NCBI GenBank assembly: GCA_963815045.1 | Contig: CAWFET010000001.1 | Location: 124,072-188,071, forward strand | Direction of reading: 5' to 3' | DNA from: an uncultured Solirubrobacterales bacterium | GTDB lineage: Bacteria; Actinomycetota; Thermoleophilia; Solirubrobacterales; 70-9 | DNA length: 64,000 nt | In this document: positions 16,782 to 26,031 of the stretch, piece by piece | Layout of the letters: every line of letters starts with the position of its first letter | Numbering within the stretch: the first letter of the stretch is position 1 | Notes under the pieces: model-generated | Seen by the model: only the letters and a program-made list of their open reading frames with translations | What the model was told of the DNA's origin: nothing | Databases searched by the model: none | Program-made: the position numbers and the translations under genes

Positions 16782-17574
16782 GCGCGCCGATCTTCCGCAG
16801 CAGCTTGACGACGCCGCGCGGCTCGGGGTGAGGCCAGGAGGAGATCCGCGGCAGAATCGCCCGTCGCGCCCCCTCGTACCCGCGCATGATCCCCCGCTGC
16901 ACCGGGTTCCGCGCCCACTTCAGGCGGATCGCCTTCGCCTCGTTGAGCTGGACCCAGACGTCGGTGGTCGTCTTGCTGGTCGGGTGGTAGCGGAAGTTGA
17001 GGACCGGCTCGTCGATCCTCTCCACGCGAGCCCCGCGCAGCAGCCGCAGGTAGAAGTCGTAGTCGGCGGCGTCGACGTAGGCCTCGTTCAGCGACGGGGC
17101 CTGCTCCATCAGCTCCCGGCGCCAGATGATCGTCGGGGTGGTCACGAACTGGCCGAAGTAGAGGTAGCGGCGCCAGCTGAACTTCGGCGGCACGAGGGTG
17201 CGAAAGGTCTCGCCGTGCTCATCGACGTAGTTGACCGCGCCGAAGATCGCGCCGAGCCCGGGGTCGCGCTCGAAGCGCTCGAGAGCCCGGTCGACCACCG
17301 CGGGGATGTAGGCGTCGTCCGCGTTGACCCAGGCCAGCAGATCGCCCCGCGCCATCGCGAGCCCCTTGTTGACGGCGTTGGTCTGCCCCGAGTCCGGCTC
17401 GGAGATCCAGCTCAGATGCGGATCCTCGCGCCCCTCCAGCAGCTCGACCGTCCCGTCGCTCGAGCTCCCGTCGACGACGATGTGCTCGTGGGGGGTACGC
17501 AGTGCCGCCACGCTGTCGAGCGTCTCGGGCAGGTAGCGGGCCATGTTGTAGGTGGGTGTGACTACGGAGAGCAT
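16774..17574 (-). CDS. Glycosyltransferase family 2
   Basis: Internal ATG: MLSVVTPTYNMARYLPETLDSV...HIVVDGSSSDGT...WVNADD. Confidence 0.85.
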   Translation of the reverse strand: MLSVVTPTYNMARYLPETLDSVAALRTPHEHIVVDGSSSDGTVELLEGREDPHLSWISEPDSGQTNAVNKGLAMARGDLLAWVNADDAYIPAVVDRALERFERDPGLGAIFGAVNYVDEHGETFRTLVPPKFSWRRYLYFGQFVTTPTIIWRRELMEQAPSLNEAYVDAADYDFYLRLLRGARVERIDEPVLNFRYHPTSKTTTDVWVQLNEAKAIRLKWARNPVQRGIMRGYEGARRAILPRISSWPHPEPRGVVKLLRKIGARG

Positions 17575-17623
17575 CGGGCGGCCGCAGGTTAGCCGCCACC
17601 GAGATGGCATCATTCCCGCCCCC

Positions 17624-18175
17624 ATGGAGGTGCTGCCGACACGGCTCGAGGGCCCGATCCTGCTGCAACCGAAGGTCTTTCGCGACGAGCGAGGGTTCTT
17701 CCACGAGACCTACCGCCGCAACGCCTTCGAGGAGCTCGGCATCGCCGACGAATGGGTGCAGGACAACCACTCGCGCTCTGGGCGAGGGATCGTCCGAGGG
17801 ATGCACTTCCAACCCGGGATGGCCAAGCACGTCCGCTGCGGCCGCGGCGAGATCGTCGACGTCCTCGTGGACATCAGGAGGGGCTCGCCGACCTTCGGGG
17901 AGTGGGAGGCGTTCACCCTCAACGACGAGAACCTCCGACAGCTCTATTGCCCGAACGGCTTCGCGCACGGCTTCTGCGTCACGAGCGAGGTCGCGGACGT
18001 GATCTACATGTGCTCGGACTACTACGACCCGTCGACCGAGGCCGGCATCTCCTACCGGGACCCCGACATCGGCATCGAGTGGCCGGACCTTGAGCTGACT
18101 CCGTCGGAGAGGGACGCGGGGGCTCCGCTCCTCAAGGATGTGGAGAGTCAGCTCCCCTTCGCCTACGAGGGCTAG
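17624..18175 (+). CDS. rmlC: dTDP-4-dehydrorhamnose 3,5-epimerase
   Basis: MEVLPTRLEGPILLQPKVFRDERGFFHETY...QDNHSRS..GIVRGMHFQ...GFAHGF...YYDP. Confidence 0.9.
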   Translation: MEVLPTRLEGPILLQPKVFRDERGFFHETYRRNAFEELGIADEWVQDNHSRSGRGIVRGMHFQPGMAKHVRCGRGEIVDVLVDIRRGSPTFGEWEAFTLNDENLRQLYCPNGFAHGFCVTSEVADVIYMCSDYYDPSTEAGISYRDPDIGIEWPDLELTPSERDAGAPLLKDVESQLPFAYEG

Positions 18176-18986
18176 AGCCGTTCGCCTGCTCGCCGCGGCT
18201 GCGCAGCCCGGGCCGCAGGCGGCCGACGTGCCGGCGTGAGCCCGAATCGGCGCCCGGCCGCATGTAGTCCCCGCGGCTCATGTACCGCTCGAGGAACACG
18301 TAGAGCACGATGAACAGGTAGCGGCTGCCCATCTCCCGCAGGTCGAGCTTCGAGGTGCCCTCGCTTCTTCCGTGCCATGAGATCGCGACGACGCCGTAGC
18401 TGTGGCCCCGGACGATCGCCTTCAGGGGCATCTCCACCGTCAGGTTGAACTGGTTGGCCAACAGCGGCTGGATGGTCTCGATCACCTCGCGCCGATAGGC
18501 CTTGAAGGCGTTGGTGGTGTCGTCGTAGCCGTGACGAAAGAGCGCCCGGATCCCCCAGTTGAAGAGCCGGTTGAGGATCAGCTTGAAGCCCGGGTAGTCG
18601 CTGACCCGGCCGCGGCCACCCATGAACCGCGATCCGAAGGCGCAGTCGAAGCCGTCCTCCAGGACCTCGTGGTAGCGGACGAGGTCCGCGGGGTCATCGG
18701 AGCCGTCGGCCATCATGATCGCGACGGCGTCCCCCTTGTAGAGGTCGAGGCCGGCCCGCACCGTGAGCCCGAAGCCGCGGCTGTAGTGCGAGCGGTGGCA
18801 GTGGACCCGATCGTTCGACTCGGCGATCTGGTCCACCACGGCGCTGGTGCCGTCGACGCTGGCGTCGTCGATGACCAGGATCTCGTGATCGATTCCGGCC
18901 TCTGAGAGCGCCTCCGTCGTGGTCCGCACGCAGGCGGCGATCGAGCCGGCCTCGTTGCGGGCTGGGATCACGACCGAGAGCTTCAT
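18132..18986 (-). CDS. GT2 polyprenyl-phosphate glycosyltransferase-like
   Basis: MKLSVVIPARNEAGSI...ILVIDDASVDGT...IMMADGSDDP. The low-complexity tail overlaps the rmlC 3' end by 44 nt. Confidence 0.8.
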   Translation of the reverse strand: MKLSVVIPARNEAGSIAACVRTTTEALSEAGIDHEILVIDDASVDGTSAVVDQIAESNDRVHCHRSHYSRGFGLTVRAGLDLYKGDAVAIMMADGSDDPADLVRYHEVLEDGFDCAFGSRFMGGRGRVSDYPGFKLILNRLFNWGIRALFRHGYDDTTNAFKAYRREVIETIQPLLANQFNLTVEMPLKAIVRGHSYGVVAISWHGRSEGTSKLDLREMGSRYLFIVLYVFLERYMSRGDYMRPGADSGSRRHVGRLRPGLRSRGEQANGSSPRRRRGADSPHP

Positions 18987-20056
18987 ACCGGTGCGCTCGC
19001 CCAGCGCTCGGCGTTGACGTCGTGGATCTGCTGGAGGATCGACTCGATCCCCTGGGTCAGCTTCCAGCCGGGGTAGTCGCGGCGGAACTCCTCCAGGTCG
19101 CTGATCCACCAGCGGTGGTCGCCGATCCGGGCGTCCGGGCTGAGCTCCCAGTCGAGCTCGCGGCCGGCGATCCGCTCGCAGGCCTCGATGGCCTCGAGCA
19201 TCGAGCAGTTCGATTCCCGGCCCCCGCCCATGTTGTAGACCGCGGCCGCCCGCGGTGATCGATGGAACTCGAGAAAGGCCTCGGCCAGGTCCGAGGCGGC
19301 GATGTTGTCCCTCACCTGCTTGCCCTCGTAGCCGTAGACCGTATAGCGCATGCCGGTGACCACGCACTTCATCAGGTAGGCGAGGAAGCCATGCAGCCGC
19401 GCCCCGGCGTGCGAGGGCCCGGTGATGCAGCCGCAGCGCAGGCAGACGGTCGGCATGTCGAAGTAGCGCCCATATTCCTGGACGAGCAGGTCCGCCGCCG
19501 CCTTGGAGACGCCGAAGAGGGAATGGGTGGAGCGGTCGATCGACATCGAGGTGTCGATCCCGCCGTAGTAGCGATGGTCCTCGGGCAGCTCCAGTCGGGA
19601 ACCCAGGTCCTCGAGGGGCAGATCGTTGGGGGTGTCGCCGTAGACCTTGTTCGTCGACATGAAGACGAAGGTCGCGTCGGGCTTGGCCGTGCGGGTCGCC
19701 TCGAGGACATTGAGGGTCCCGATGGCGTTGACGCCGAAGTCGGTGTGCGGCTCGCGGGCGGCCCAGTCATGGGAAGGCTGGGCGGCGGCGTGGATCACCA
19801 GCTCGAGGCCGGAGGCGTTCTCCTCGAAGACCCGGAGCACGGCATCGCGGTCCCGGACGTCGGCATCGATCCCCCTGAACTCCGGATATGAGCGCACGAG
19901 CTCCTCTGTCACGTGCGCGGTCGAGGCCTCCGCTCCGAAGAACTGGGCCCGCATGTCGTTCTCCAGGCCGATCACCTCCCAGCCGCTCTCGACCAGGCGC
20001 CGGACCGAGTCCGATCCGACGAGGCCGCCGGATCCGGTGACGATCGCGAGCGGCAT
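18983..20056 (-). CDS. NAD-dependent epimerase/dehydratase (extended SDR; CDP-paratose-2-epimerase-like)
   Basis: MPLAIVTGSGGLVGS..., YGVSKAAADLL (YxxxK). ATGA overlap with the upstream gene at 20056. Confidence 0.8.
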   Translation of the reverse strand: MPLAIVTGSGGLVGSDSVRRLVESGWEVIGLENDMRAQFFGAEASTAHVTEELVRSYPEFRGIDADVRDRDAVLRVFEENASGLELVIHAAAQPSHDWAAREPHTDFGVNAIGTLNVLEATRTAKPDATFVFMSTNKVYGDTPNDLPLEDLGSRLELPEDHRYYGGIDTSMSIDRSTHSLFGVSKAAADLLVQEYGRYFDMPTVCLRCGCITGPSHAGARLHGFLAYLMKCVVTGMRYTVYGYEGKQVRDNIAASDLAEAFLEFHRSPRAAAVYNMGGGRESNCSMLEAIEACERIAGRELDWELSPDARIGDHRWWISDLEEFRRDYPGWKLTQGIESILQQIHDVNAERWASAPV

Positions 20057-21138
20057 CAGCTCACCCGCGCCGCGTCCAGCCCGAGGGCGCCCGACAGGCT
20101 CGCCTCGTTCTCGGCGGTCCAGCGATGGATGTCGGACAGGATCTGCCGGGGATCGCGACCGGGCCGCCAGGCCGTGCGCTCGAAGAGCCGCGCGCAGTCG
20201 GCGAGGAAGATTGGGACGTCCCCCGGCCGGGTCTCGGGCACGCTCTCGATGGGGACCTCGTTCCCGGTCAGCTCGCGGCAGATCTCTGTCGTCTCGACGA
20301 GCGAGAGGCTGTGCTCCCGCCCGCCGCCGACGTTGCCGACGAAGCCGGCCCAGCCGTCCGGATCCAACAGCTGCTCGTCGATCAGGTCGACCAGGTCGTC
20401 GACGTGGAGGAGGTCGCGGACCTGCTTGCCGGTGCCCCCGAACCCGATGTAGCTGAGGGGCAGCCCGAAGTGATGGTGGAAGAGCCAGAAGGCGAAGACG
20501 CCCTGATCGACCTTCCCCATCTGCCAGGGGCCCGCGATCACGCCGCAGCGGTTGACGACCGCCGGCAGGCCGAACCCGTCGGCGTACTCGGCGATCAGCA
20601 GCTCCGCGGCGAGCTTCGTGGCGCCGTAGAGAGTGCGGGCGCCCTCGAGGGGAAAGTCCTCCGAGATCCCGGCGGGGGAGGCGCCGCGGATCCTCTGCTC
20701 GCCGGAGAGCTCGAACCGGGTCGGCTCCTCGTCGAGGGCGAGGTCGCGCTGCGCCTGGATCGGGTAGACGCGGCTGGTCGAGAGAAAGACGAGCTGGGCG
20801 TCGTCGCGCCGGGCGAGCTCGAGGCAGTTGTAGGCGCCCGTCAGGTTCGTGTGGACGGTGTAGGCGGTCTCGCCGTCCGTGCCGGCGAGCGCCGAGGGCT
20901 CCGCCGAGCATTCGATCAGGGCGTCGATCGGCTTGGTCTTCATCAGCTCGTCCGGGTCGCGGACGTCGCCCCTGGCGAAGCGGATCCCGGCGCCCTCGAG
21001 GCGCGGGACGTTGAGCTCGGATCCCCGCCGGTGCAGGTTGTCGTAGGCGACGATCTCCCAGTCGGGATGGCGGTCGTGCAGGGAGAGGGCGAGGCTGGCG
21101 CCTACGAAGCCCGCGCCGCCTGTGATCAGGACGCGCAT
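20056..21138 (-). CDS. NAD-dependent epimerase/dehydratase (extended SDR)
   Basis: MRVLITGGAGFVGASL..., YGATKLAAELL (YxxxK). Confidence 0.8.
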   Translation of the reverse strand: MRVLITGGAGFVGASLALSLHDRHPDWEIVAYDNLHRRGSELNVPRLEGAGIRFARGDVRDPDELMKTKPIDALIECSAEPSALAGTDGETAYTVHTNLTGAYNCLELARRDDAQLVFLSTSRVYPIQAQRDLALDEEPTRFELSGEQRIRGASPAGISEDFPLEGARTLYGATKLAAELLIAEYADGFGLPAVVNRCGVIAGPWQMGKVDQGVFAFWLFHHHFGLPLSYIGFGGTGKQVRDLLHVDDLVDLIDEQLLDPDGWAGFVGNVGGGREHSLSLVETTEICRELTGNEVPIESVPETRPGDVPIFLADCARLFERTAWRPGRDPRQILSDIHRWTAENEASLSGALGLDAARVS

Positions 21139-21178
21139 TCTCGGGGCGAGGTTAACCCCTGCTCTGGCGCGGAGGTGA

Positions 21179-22246
21179 ATGGCCTTCTTCTGCGACCATT
21201 CCGCGCCGGACGTGAATCCGAAGAAAGACAAGCGCGCCCTGATCACAGGGATCTCCGGCCAGGACGGCTCCTATCTCGCCGAGCTCCTGCTGGAGAAGGA
21301 CTACGAGGTCCACGGCATCGTGCGGCGCTCCTCGAGCTTCAACACCCACCGCATCGATCACCTCTACCACGACCCCCATGAACAGGGGGTCAGGTTGTTC
21401 ACCCACTACGGCGACCTGACCGACTCGAGCGCGCTGGTCAAGCTGCTCTACGAGCTCCAGCCCGACGAGATCTACCACCTCGGGGCGCAGAGCCACGTCC
21501 GCGTCTCCTTCGACATCCCGGAGTACACCTTCGACGTCACCGGGGCGGGCACCATTCGCCTGCTCGAGGCCGTCCGCGAGTCCGGGGCCAGCCCGCGCTT
21601 CTATCAGGCGTCCTCCTCCGAGATGTTCGGCGCCGCGCCGCCGCCGCAGAACGAGTCGACGCCCTTCCACCCGCGCAGCCCCTACGGCGTGGCCAAGGTC
21701 GCGTCCTACTGGGCGACGGTCAACTACCGCGAGGCGTACGACATGTTCGCCGTCAACGGGATCCTCTTCAACCATGAGTCCCCGCGACGGGGCGAGACCT
21801 TCGTCACCCGCAAGATCACCCGGGCGGTCGCCAGGATCAAGGCCGGCCTGCAGGAGAAGCTCTTCCTCGGCAACCTCGACGCCCAGCGCGACTGGGGGTA
21901 CGCGAAGGAGTACGTCGAGGCGATGTGGCTGATGCTCCAGGCCGACGAGCCCGACGACTTCGTGATCGCCACCGGCGAGACGCACACCGTCCGGGAGGCC
22001 GTCGACATCGCCTTCGCCCGTGCCGGACTCAACGCCGACGACCACGTCGAGATCGACCCGAAGTACTACCGGCCCTCCGAGGTCGACGTGCTGCTCGGGG
22101 ACGCCTCCAAGGCGAAGGAGAGGCTCGGCTGGGAGCCGAAGGTCCGCTTCCGGGAGCTGGTCGAGCTGATGGTGGACGCCGACGTCGCCGAGCTCGAGGA
22201 TCAGATGGCCGGCAAGGTCACTCGCTACTCACACGAAGGCGCCTAG
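21179..22246 (+). CDS. gmd: GDP-mannose 4,6-dehydratase (long form)
   Basis: [46 protein letters not shown]...YGVAKV...[23 protein letters not shown] lies upstream of the ATG at 21179; an alternative GTG start is at 21211. Confidence 0.9.
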   Translation: MAFFCDHSAPDVNPKKDKRALITGISGQDGSYLAELLLEKDYEVHGIVRRSSSFNTHRIDHLYHDPHEQGVRLFTHYGDLTDSSALVKLLYELQPDEIYHLGAQSHVRVSFDIPEYTFDVTGAGTIRLLEAVRESGASPRFYQASSSEMFGAAPPPQNESTPFHPRSPYGVAKVASYWATVNYREAYDMFAVNGILFNHESPRRGETFVTRKITRAVARIKAGLQEKLFLGNLDAQRDWGYAKEYVEAMWLMLQADEPDDFVIATGETHTVREAVDIAFARAGLNADDHVEIDPKYYRPSEVDVLLGDASKAKERLGWEPKVRFRELVELMVDADVAELEDQMAGKVTRYSHEGA

Positions 22247-22269
22247 TTCCGGCGAATCACCGCCGCCCG

Positions 22270-23298
22270 ATGATCCACGTCGATCAGCTGGCGGCAGGTT
22301 GGGAGGGGGAGTGGGACGACTTTCTGCGCCGCCGGCCGGACGGGGTCTTCGGCCACTCGATCGCGTACCGCAACCTGTTGGTCTCGGCGCTCGATTGCGA
22401 GCCCGAGTACCTGGTCGCCCGCGAGGGCGACCAGGTCCGCGGCGTCCTGCCGGTCATGTGGTCGGTGGGCGAGGGCGGTCGGATCTGCAACTCGCTGCCG
22501 TACTACGGCAGCCCGGGCGGGCCGGTGAGCGCGGATCCGCGAGCCGCTCGCGCCCTGATCGATGCCTGGGACGAGCGCGCGTCGGATCCCGGCACCCTCG
22601 CCGCAACGATGATCGAGAACCCATTCGCGGAGGAAATCGGGCGGGAGCCGCTCCACGAGCTGACCGACGAGCGCATCAGCCAGTTCACCGTTCTGCCGCG
22701 AGGTGGCGGCGAGGAGGAGGTGAGTGCGCTGATCTCCCCCGAGGCCAGGTTCAACCTGCGCCGGGCGGCCCGGAGGGGGGTGATCATCGAGCACGACAAC
22801 GACGCGCTCCCGGAGGTTCGCCGGATCCACGAGGAGGTCATGGAGACCCATTCGACGCCCGCGAAGTCCCGGCGCTTCTTCGAGGCGATCCCGACCGAGC
22901 TCCGCGCCGGCGAGGATTTTGACATCTGGATCGCCCGGGTCGCCGGAGAGGTGGCCGCCGCAATGCTGGTGATCCGCTTCAACGGGGTGAGCGAGTACTT
23001 CACCTCGGGCACGCGGGCGGGCTTCCGGTCGCATGACCCCCATGCCGCGCTCGTCTTCACCGCCCTGGTGCACGAGACGCGAAACGGGGCGCGGATCTGG
23101 AACTGGGGCGGCACCAGGCTGGGAATGGCCGGCGTCTTTCATTTCAAGAGGAAGTGGGGATCGCGGGAGCGCCGCTACCGCTACTTCGTCCGCCTCAACG
23201 ATCAGTCGCTGCGCGAGTCTCCTGCGGAGACGCTCCTGGCGCGGTTTCCCAACTTCTACGTGCTGCCCTTCTCGGCGCTCACCCCCGCTGTCTTCTGA
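22270..23298 (+). CDS. FemAB-family / GNAT-fold acyltransferase (EPS-locus-associated type)
   Basis: Internal ATG of ORF 21925..23298. The layout ...ICNSLPYYGSPGG...YFTSGT...WNWGGT...GVFHFKRKWG resembles FemAB-related proteins of exopolysaccharide loci. Confidence 0.6.
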   Translation: MIHVDQLAAGWEGEWDDFLRRRPDGVFGHSIAYRNLLVSALDCEPEYLVAREGDQVRGVLPVMWSVGEGGRICNSLPYYGSPGGPVSADPRAARALIDAWDERASDPGTLAATMIENPFAEEIGREPLHELTDERISQFTVLPRGGGEEEVSALISPEARFNLRRAARRGVIIEHDNDALPEVRRIHEEVMETHSTPAKSRRFFEAIPTELRAGEDFDIWIARVAGEVAAAMLVIRFNGVSEYFTSGTRAGFRSHDPHAALVFTALVHETRNGARIWNWGGTRLGMAGVFHFKRKWGSRERRYRYFVRLNDQSLRESPAETLLARFPNFYVLPFSALTPAVF

Positions 23299-23316
23299 GG
23301 ACCGCGATCGGGCATC

Positions 23317-24150
23317 ATGCGCGCCGTGGGGCAGATCGCGATACGGCCCGAGAACGGGGCGGTGGCCGGGCCGCGGGTTTCCGTCGTGGTTCCGGTCTTC
23401 AATTCGGCGCCCTCGCTGGGTGAGCTTCATCGACGGATCGCCGCGACGCTCAACCGGATGGAGGAGCTTGGCTCCTGGGAGCTGATCCTCGTCAACGATG
23501 GGAGCGAGGACCGGAGCTGGGAGACGATCGTCGGGTTGAGTCGCGAGCACCCGGAGGTGAGCGGTGTGGACCTCACTCGCAACTGGGGCCAGCACAACGC
23601 GCTCCTGGCGGGAGTCCATTCGGCTTCAGCACAGGTCGTCGTCACCCTCGACGACGACCTGCAGAACCCGCCGGAGGAGATCCCGCGGCTGCTCGATGCG
23701 CTCACGGCTGACGTCGACCTCGTCTACGGAAAGCCGATCTCCAAGCGCCAGGTCCTGCCCCGGCGAATCGCCACGACGATCGTCCGGCGCTCGGTCCACG
23801 TGATGACCGGCGGCGGCGTCCCGGCCGACATCGGGGGGTTCCGTGCATTCCGCAGCTCGCTCCTCGCCGGGCTGGACTCGGATCAGGGCGCCGGCTTCGC
23901 GATCGACATTCCGCTGACCGGCAAGGCGAGGAGAATCGTCGCGGTCAGCGTCAGGCACGACCCGCGGCGCTACGGCCGCTCCAACTACACCTTCGCCAGG
24001 CTGACGAAGCACGCTCTCGTCGAGTTCGACAGCCTCTGGCGGCGCCGCGCACGGCCGGGGCGGCGCTCTCCGACCTACGCCGTCAGGACCACGACGGGCG
24101 CGACGACACCGGAGACTGCGGATGTGGCCGGCAGGGGCGCAGCGCACTAG
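23317..24150 (+). CDS. GT2 polyprenyl-phosphate aminosugar transferase (ArnC-like)
   Basis: VSVVVPVFNSAPSL...LILVNDGSEDRSW...LTRNWGQHNALLAG...VTLDDDLQNPPEEIP. Confidence 0.8.
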   Translation: MRAVGQIAIRPENGAVAGPRVSVVVPVFNSAPSLGELHRRIAATLNRMEELGSWELILVNDGSEDRSWETIVGLSREHPEVSGVDLTRNWGQHNALLAGVHSASAQVVVTLDDDLQNPPEEIPRLLDALTADVDLVYGKPISKRQVLPRRIATTIVRRSVHVMTGGGVPADIGGFRAFRSSLLAGLDSDQGAGFAIDIPLTGKARRIVAVSVRHDPRRYGRSNYTFARLTKHALVEFDSLWRRRARPGRRSPTYAVRTTTGATTPETADVAGRGAAH

Positions 24151-24883
24151 CGGCCCCACATCCGAGCCCTGCGACCTGCTCGAGTGGGACAGCGGCTTCT
24201 TCGGCTTCCCGGTCGCACGCGTCCGTGCGCAGGGGCTCGATCGCGATGGAGCCGAGGAGGTCGATGCTTGGTGCGCTGACCGGGACGTCCGCTGCCTCTA
24301 TCTGCTTCTGGACATGGACGATCGAGAGAGCGCCGGTGTCGCCGCCGAGCAGGGCTTCCGGCTGGTCGACGTCAGGCTGACCCTCCGGCACGGCCTCGAA
24401 GGGATCCCCGAGGCTGACCCTCTGGTCCCCATCACCGACGCGGCGTCTCGGCACGTTCCCGCCCTGCGGAGGTTGGCCGCCCGCAGCCATCGCGACAGCC
24501 GCTTCTACCACGATGGCGGGTTTCCCCGCGAGCGCTGCGACGAGCTCTACGCGACCTGGGTCGCCGATGCGGTCGGTGATCCCGGCCGCTGGGTGTTCAT
24601 CCGCGAGGTGGCCGGGGAGGCGGTCGGCTACGAGGTCGTGAGTCCCCATGGCGACGACGGGATCGCGCACATGGAGATCCTCGCGGTGGACGAAGCTCAC
24701 CGGCGAGAGGGGATCGGCCGGAATCTCCTCTTCGCCGGCCTGAGGGGACCGCGATCGGCCGGGGCGACCGCCGTGGAGACGGCCACGCAGGAGCGAAACC
24801 GCGTCTCGCTCGACACCCACCTCGCCCTTGGGTTCGAGTGCACGAGGCGCGAGGCGTGGCATCACAAGTGGTTCGACCGATGA
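24122..24883 (+). CDS. wecD: dTDP-4-amino-4,6-dideoxygalactose N-acetyltransferase-like GNAT
   Basis: LEWDSGFFGFPVARV at the N-terminus, as in WecD/RffC. C-terminal GNAT core: EILAVDEAHRREGIGRNLL. Confidence 0.7.
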   Translation: MWPAGAQRTSGPTSEPCDLLEWDSGFFGFPVARVRAQGLDRDGAEEVDAWCADRDVRCLYLLLDMDDRESAGVAAEQGFRLVDVRLTLRHGLEGIPEADPLVPITDAASRHVPALRRLAARSHRDSRFYHDGGFPRERCDELYATWVADAVGDPGRWVFIREVAGEAVGYEVVSPHGDDGIAHMEILAVDEAHRREGIGRNLLFAGLRGPRSAGATAVETATQERNRVSLDTHLALGFECTRREAWHHKWFDR

Positions 24884-26031
24884 GCGCCAACCCGGTGCGG
24901 ACGCGAATTCCCTTCAACCGCCCCACCCCGGCGGGGGGCGAGCTCGACTACATCGCCGAGGTCGTCGAGTCCGGGCGGCTCTCCGGCGGTGGGGCGATGA
25001 CGCGGCACTGCGAGCAGCTGCTGAGCGCGGAGCTCGGAGGAGCGACGGTGCTGCTCACGCCTTCCTGCACGCACGCGCTGGAGATGGCGGCGCTGCTCCT
25101 CGACATCGAGCCGGGGGACGAGGTCGTCTGCCCGGCGTTCACCCATCCGTCGACCGTGAACGCCTTCGCGATGCGGGGCGCGCGCCCCCGCTTCTGCGAC
25201 GTCCGCGCCGACACGCTCAACATCGACGAGGAAGGCGTGGAGAGCCTGATCGGCGAGCGGACCGCGGCGATCGCCTGCACTCACTACGCGGGCGTCTCCT
25301 GCGAGCTCGACCGGTTGCTCGCGACCTCGGAGCGCCACGGGGCCGAGCTCGTCGAGGACAACGCCCACGGGCTCTTCGGCAGCTACCGCGGCGATCCGCT
25401 CGGAACCTTCGGCCGCTTCGCCGCCCTCAGCTTCCACGAGACGAAGAACGTGACCTCCGGCGAGGGCGGAGCCCTGGTGCTGAATCGCGAAGAGGACGTC
25501 GCGCGGGCGGAGGTGATCCGCGACAAGGGGACGAATCGCGGCGCCTTCTTCCGGGGCCAGGTCGACGCCTACGAGTGGAGCGATCTCGGCTCGAGCTATC
25601 TGCCGTCCGAGCTGCAGGCCGCCTTCCTCCGCGCACAGCTCGAGCGCCGCGACGAGATCCAGTCATGCAGGCTGCGGATCTGGGATCGGTATTCGGCCGA
25701 GCTGTCGGAGTGGGCGGCGCGGTCCGGCGTGACGCTTCCGGTCGCTCCGGATGACCGCCGGCATCCCGCCCACCTCTACTGGCTGCGGATGCCCGGCAGA
25801 GGGGAGCGGGACGCGTTCATCGAGCACCTCTCCTCCCGCGAGGTCATGGCGGTCTTCCACTACCTGCCGCTGCATCGGTCGGCGATGGGACGGCGCCTCG
25901 ATCCCGAGTGCGGCTCGCTGCCGGTCACCGAGGCCGTCGCGGACGGCCTCGTCCGGCTCCCGCTCTTCGCGGGGCTCTCCGACGACGAGCAGTCGAGGGT
26001 GATCGAGGCGGTCACGGAGTTCTCGCCATAG
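24880..26031 (+). CDS. wecE: DegT/DnrJ/EryC1-family aminotransferase (dTDP-4-amino-4,6-dideoxygalactose transaminase-like)
   Basis: MSANPVRTRIPFNRPTPAGGELDYIAEVV...SFHETKNVTSGEGGAL (PLP Lys). ATGA overlap with wecD. Confidence 0.9.
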   Translation: MSANPVRTRIPFNRPTPAGGELDYIAEVVESGRLSGGGAMTRHCEQLLSAELGGATVLLTPSCTHALEMAALLLDIEPGDEVVCPAFTHPSTVNAFAMRGARPRFCDVRADTLNIDEEGVESLIGERTAAIACTHYAGVSCELDRLLATSERHGAELVEDNAHGLFGSYRGDPLGTFGRFAALSFHETKNVTSGEGGALVLNREEDVARAEVIRDKGTNRGAFFRGQVDAYEWSDLGSSYLPSELQAAFLRAQLERRDEIQSCRLRIWDRYSAELSEWAARSGVTLPVAPDDRRHPAHLYWLRMPGRGERDAFIEHLSSREVMAVFHYLPLHRSAMGRRLDPECGSLPVTEAVADGLVRLPLFAGLSDDEQSRVIEAVTEFSP

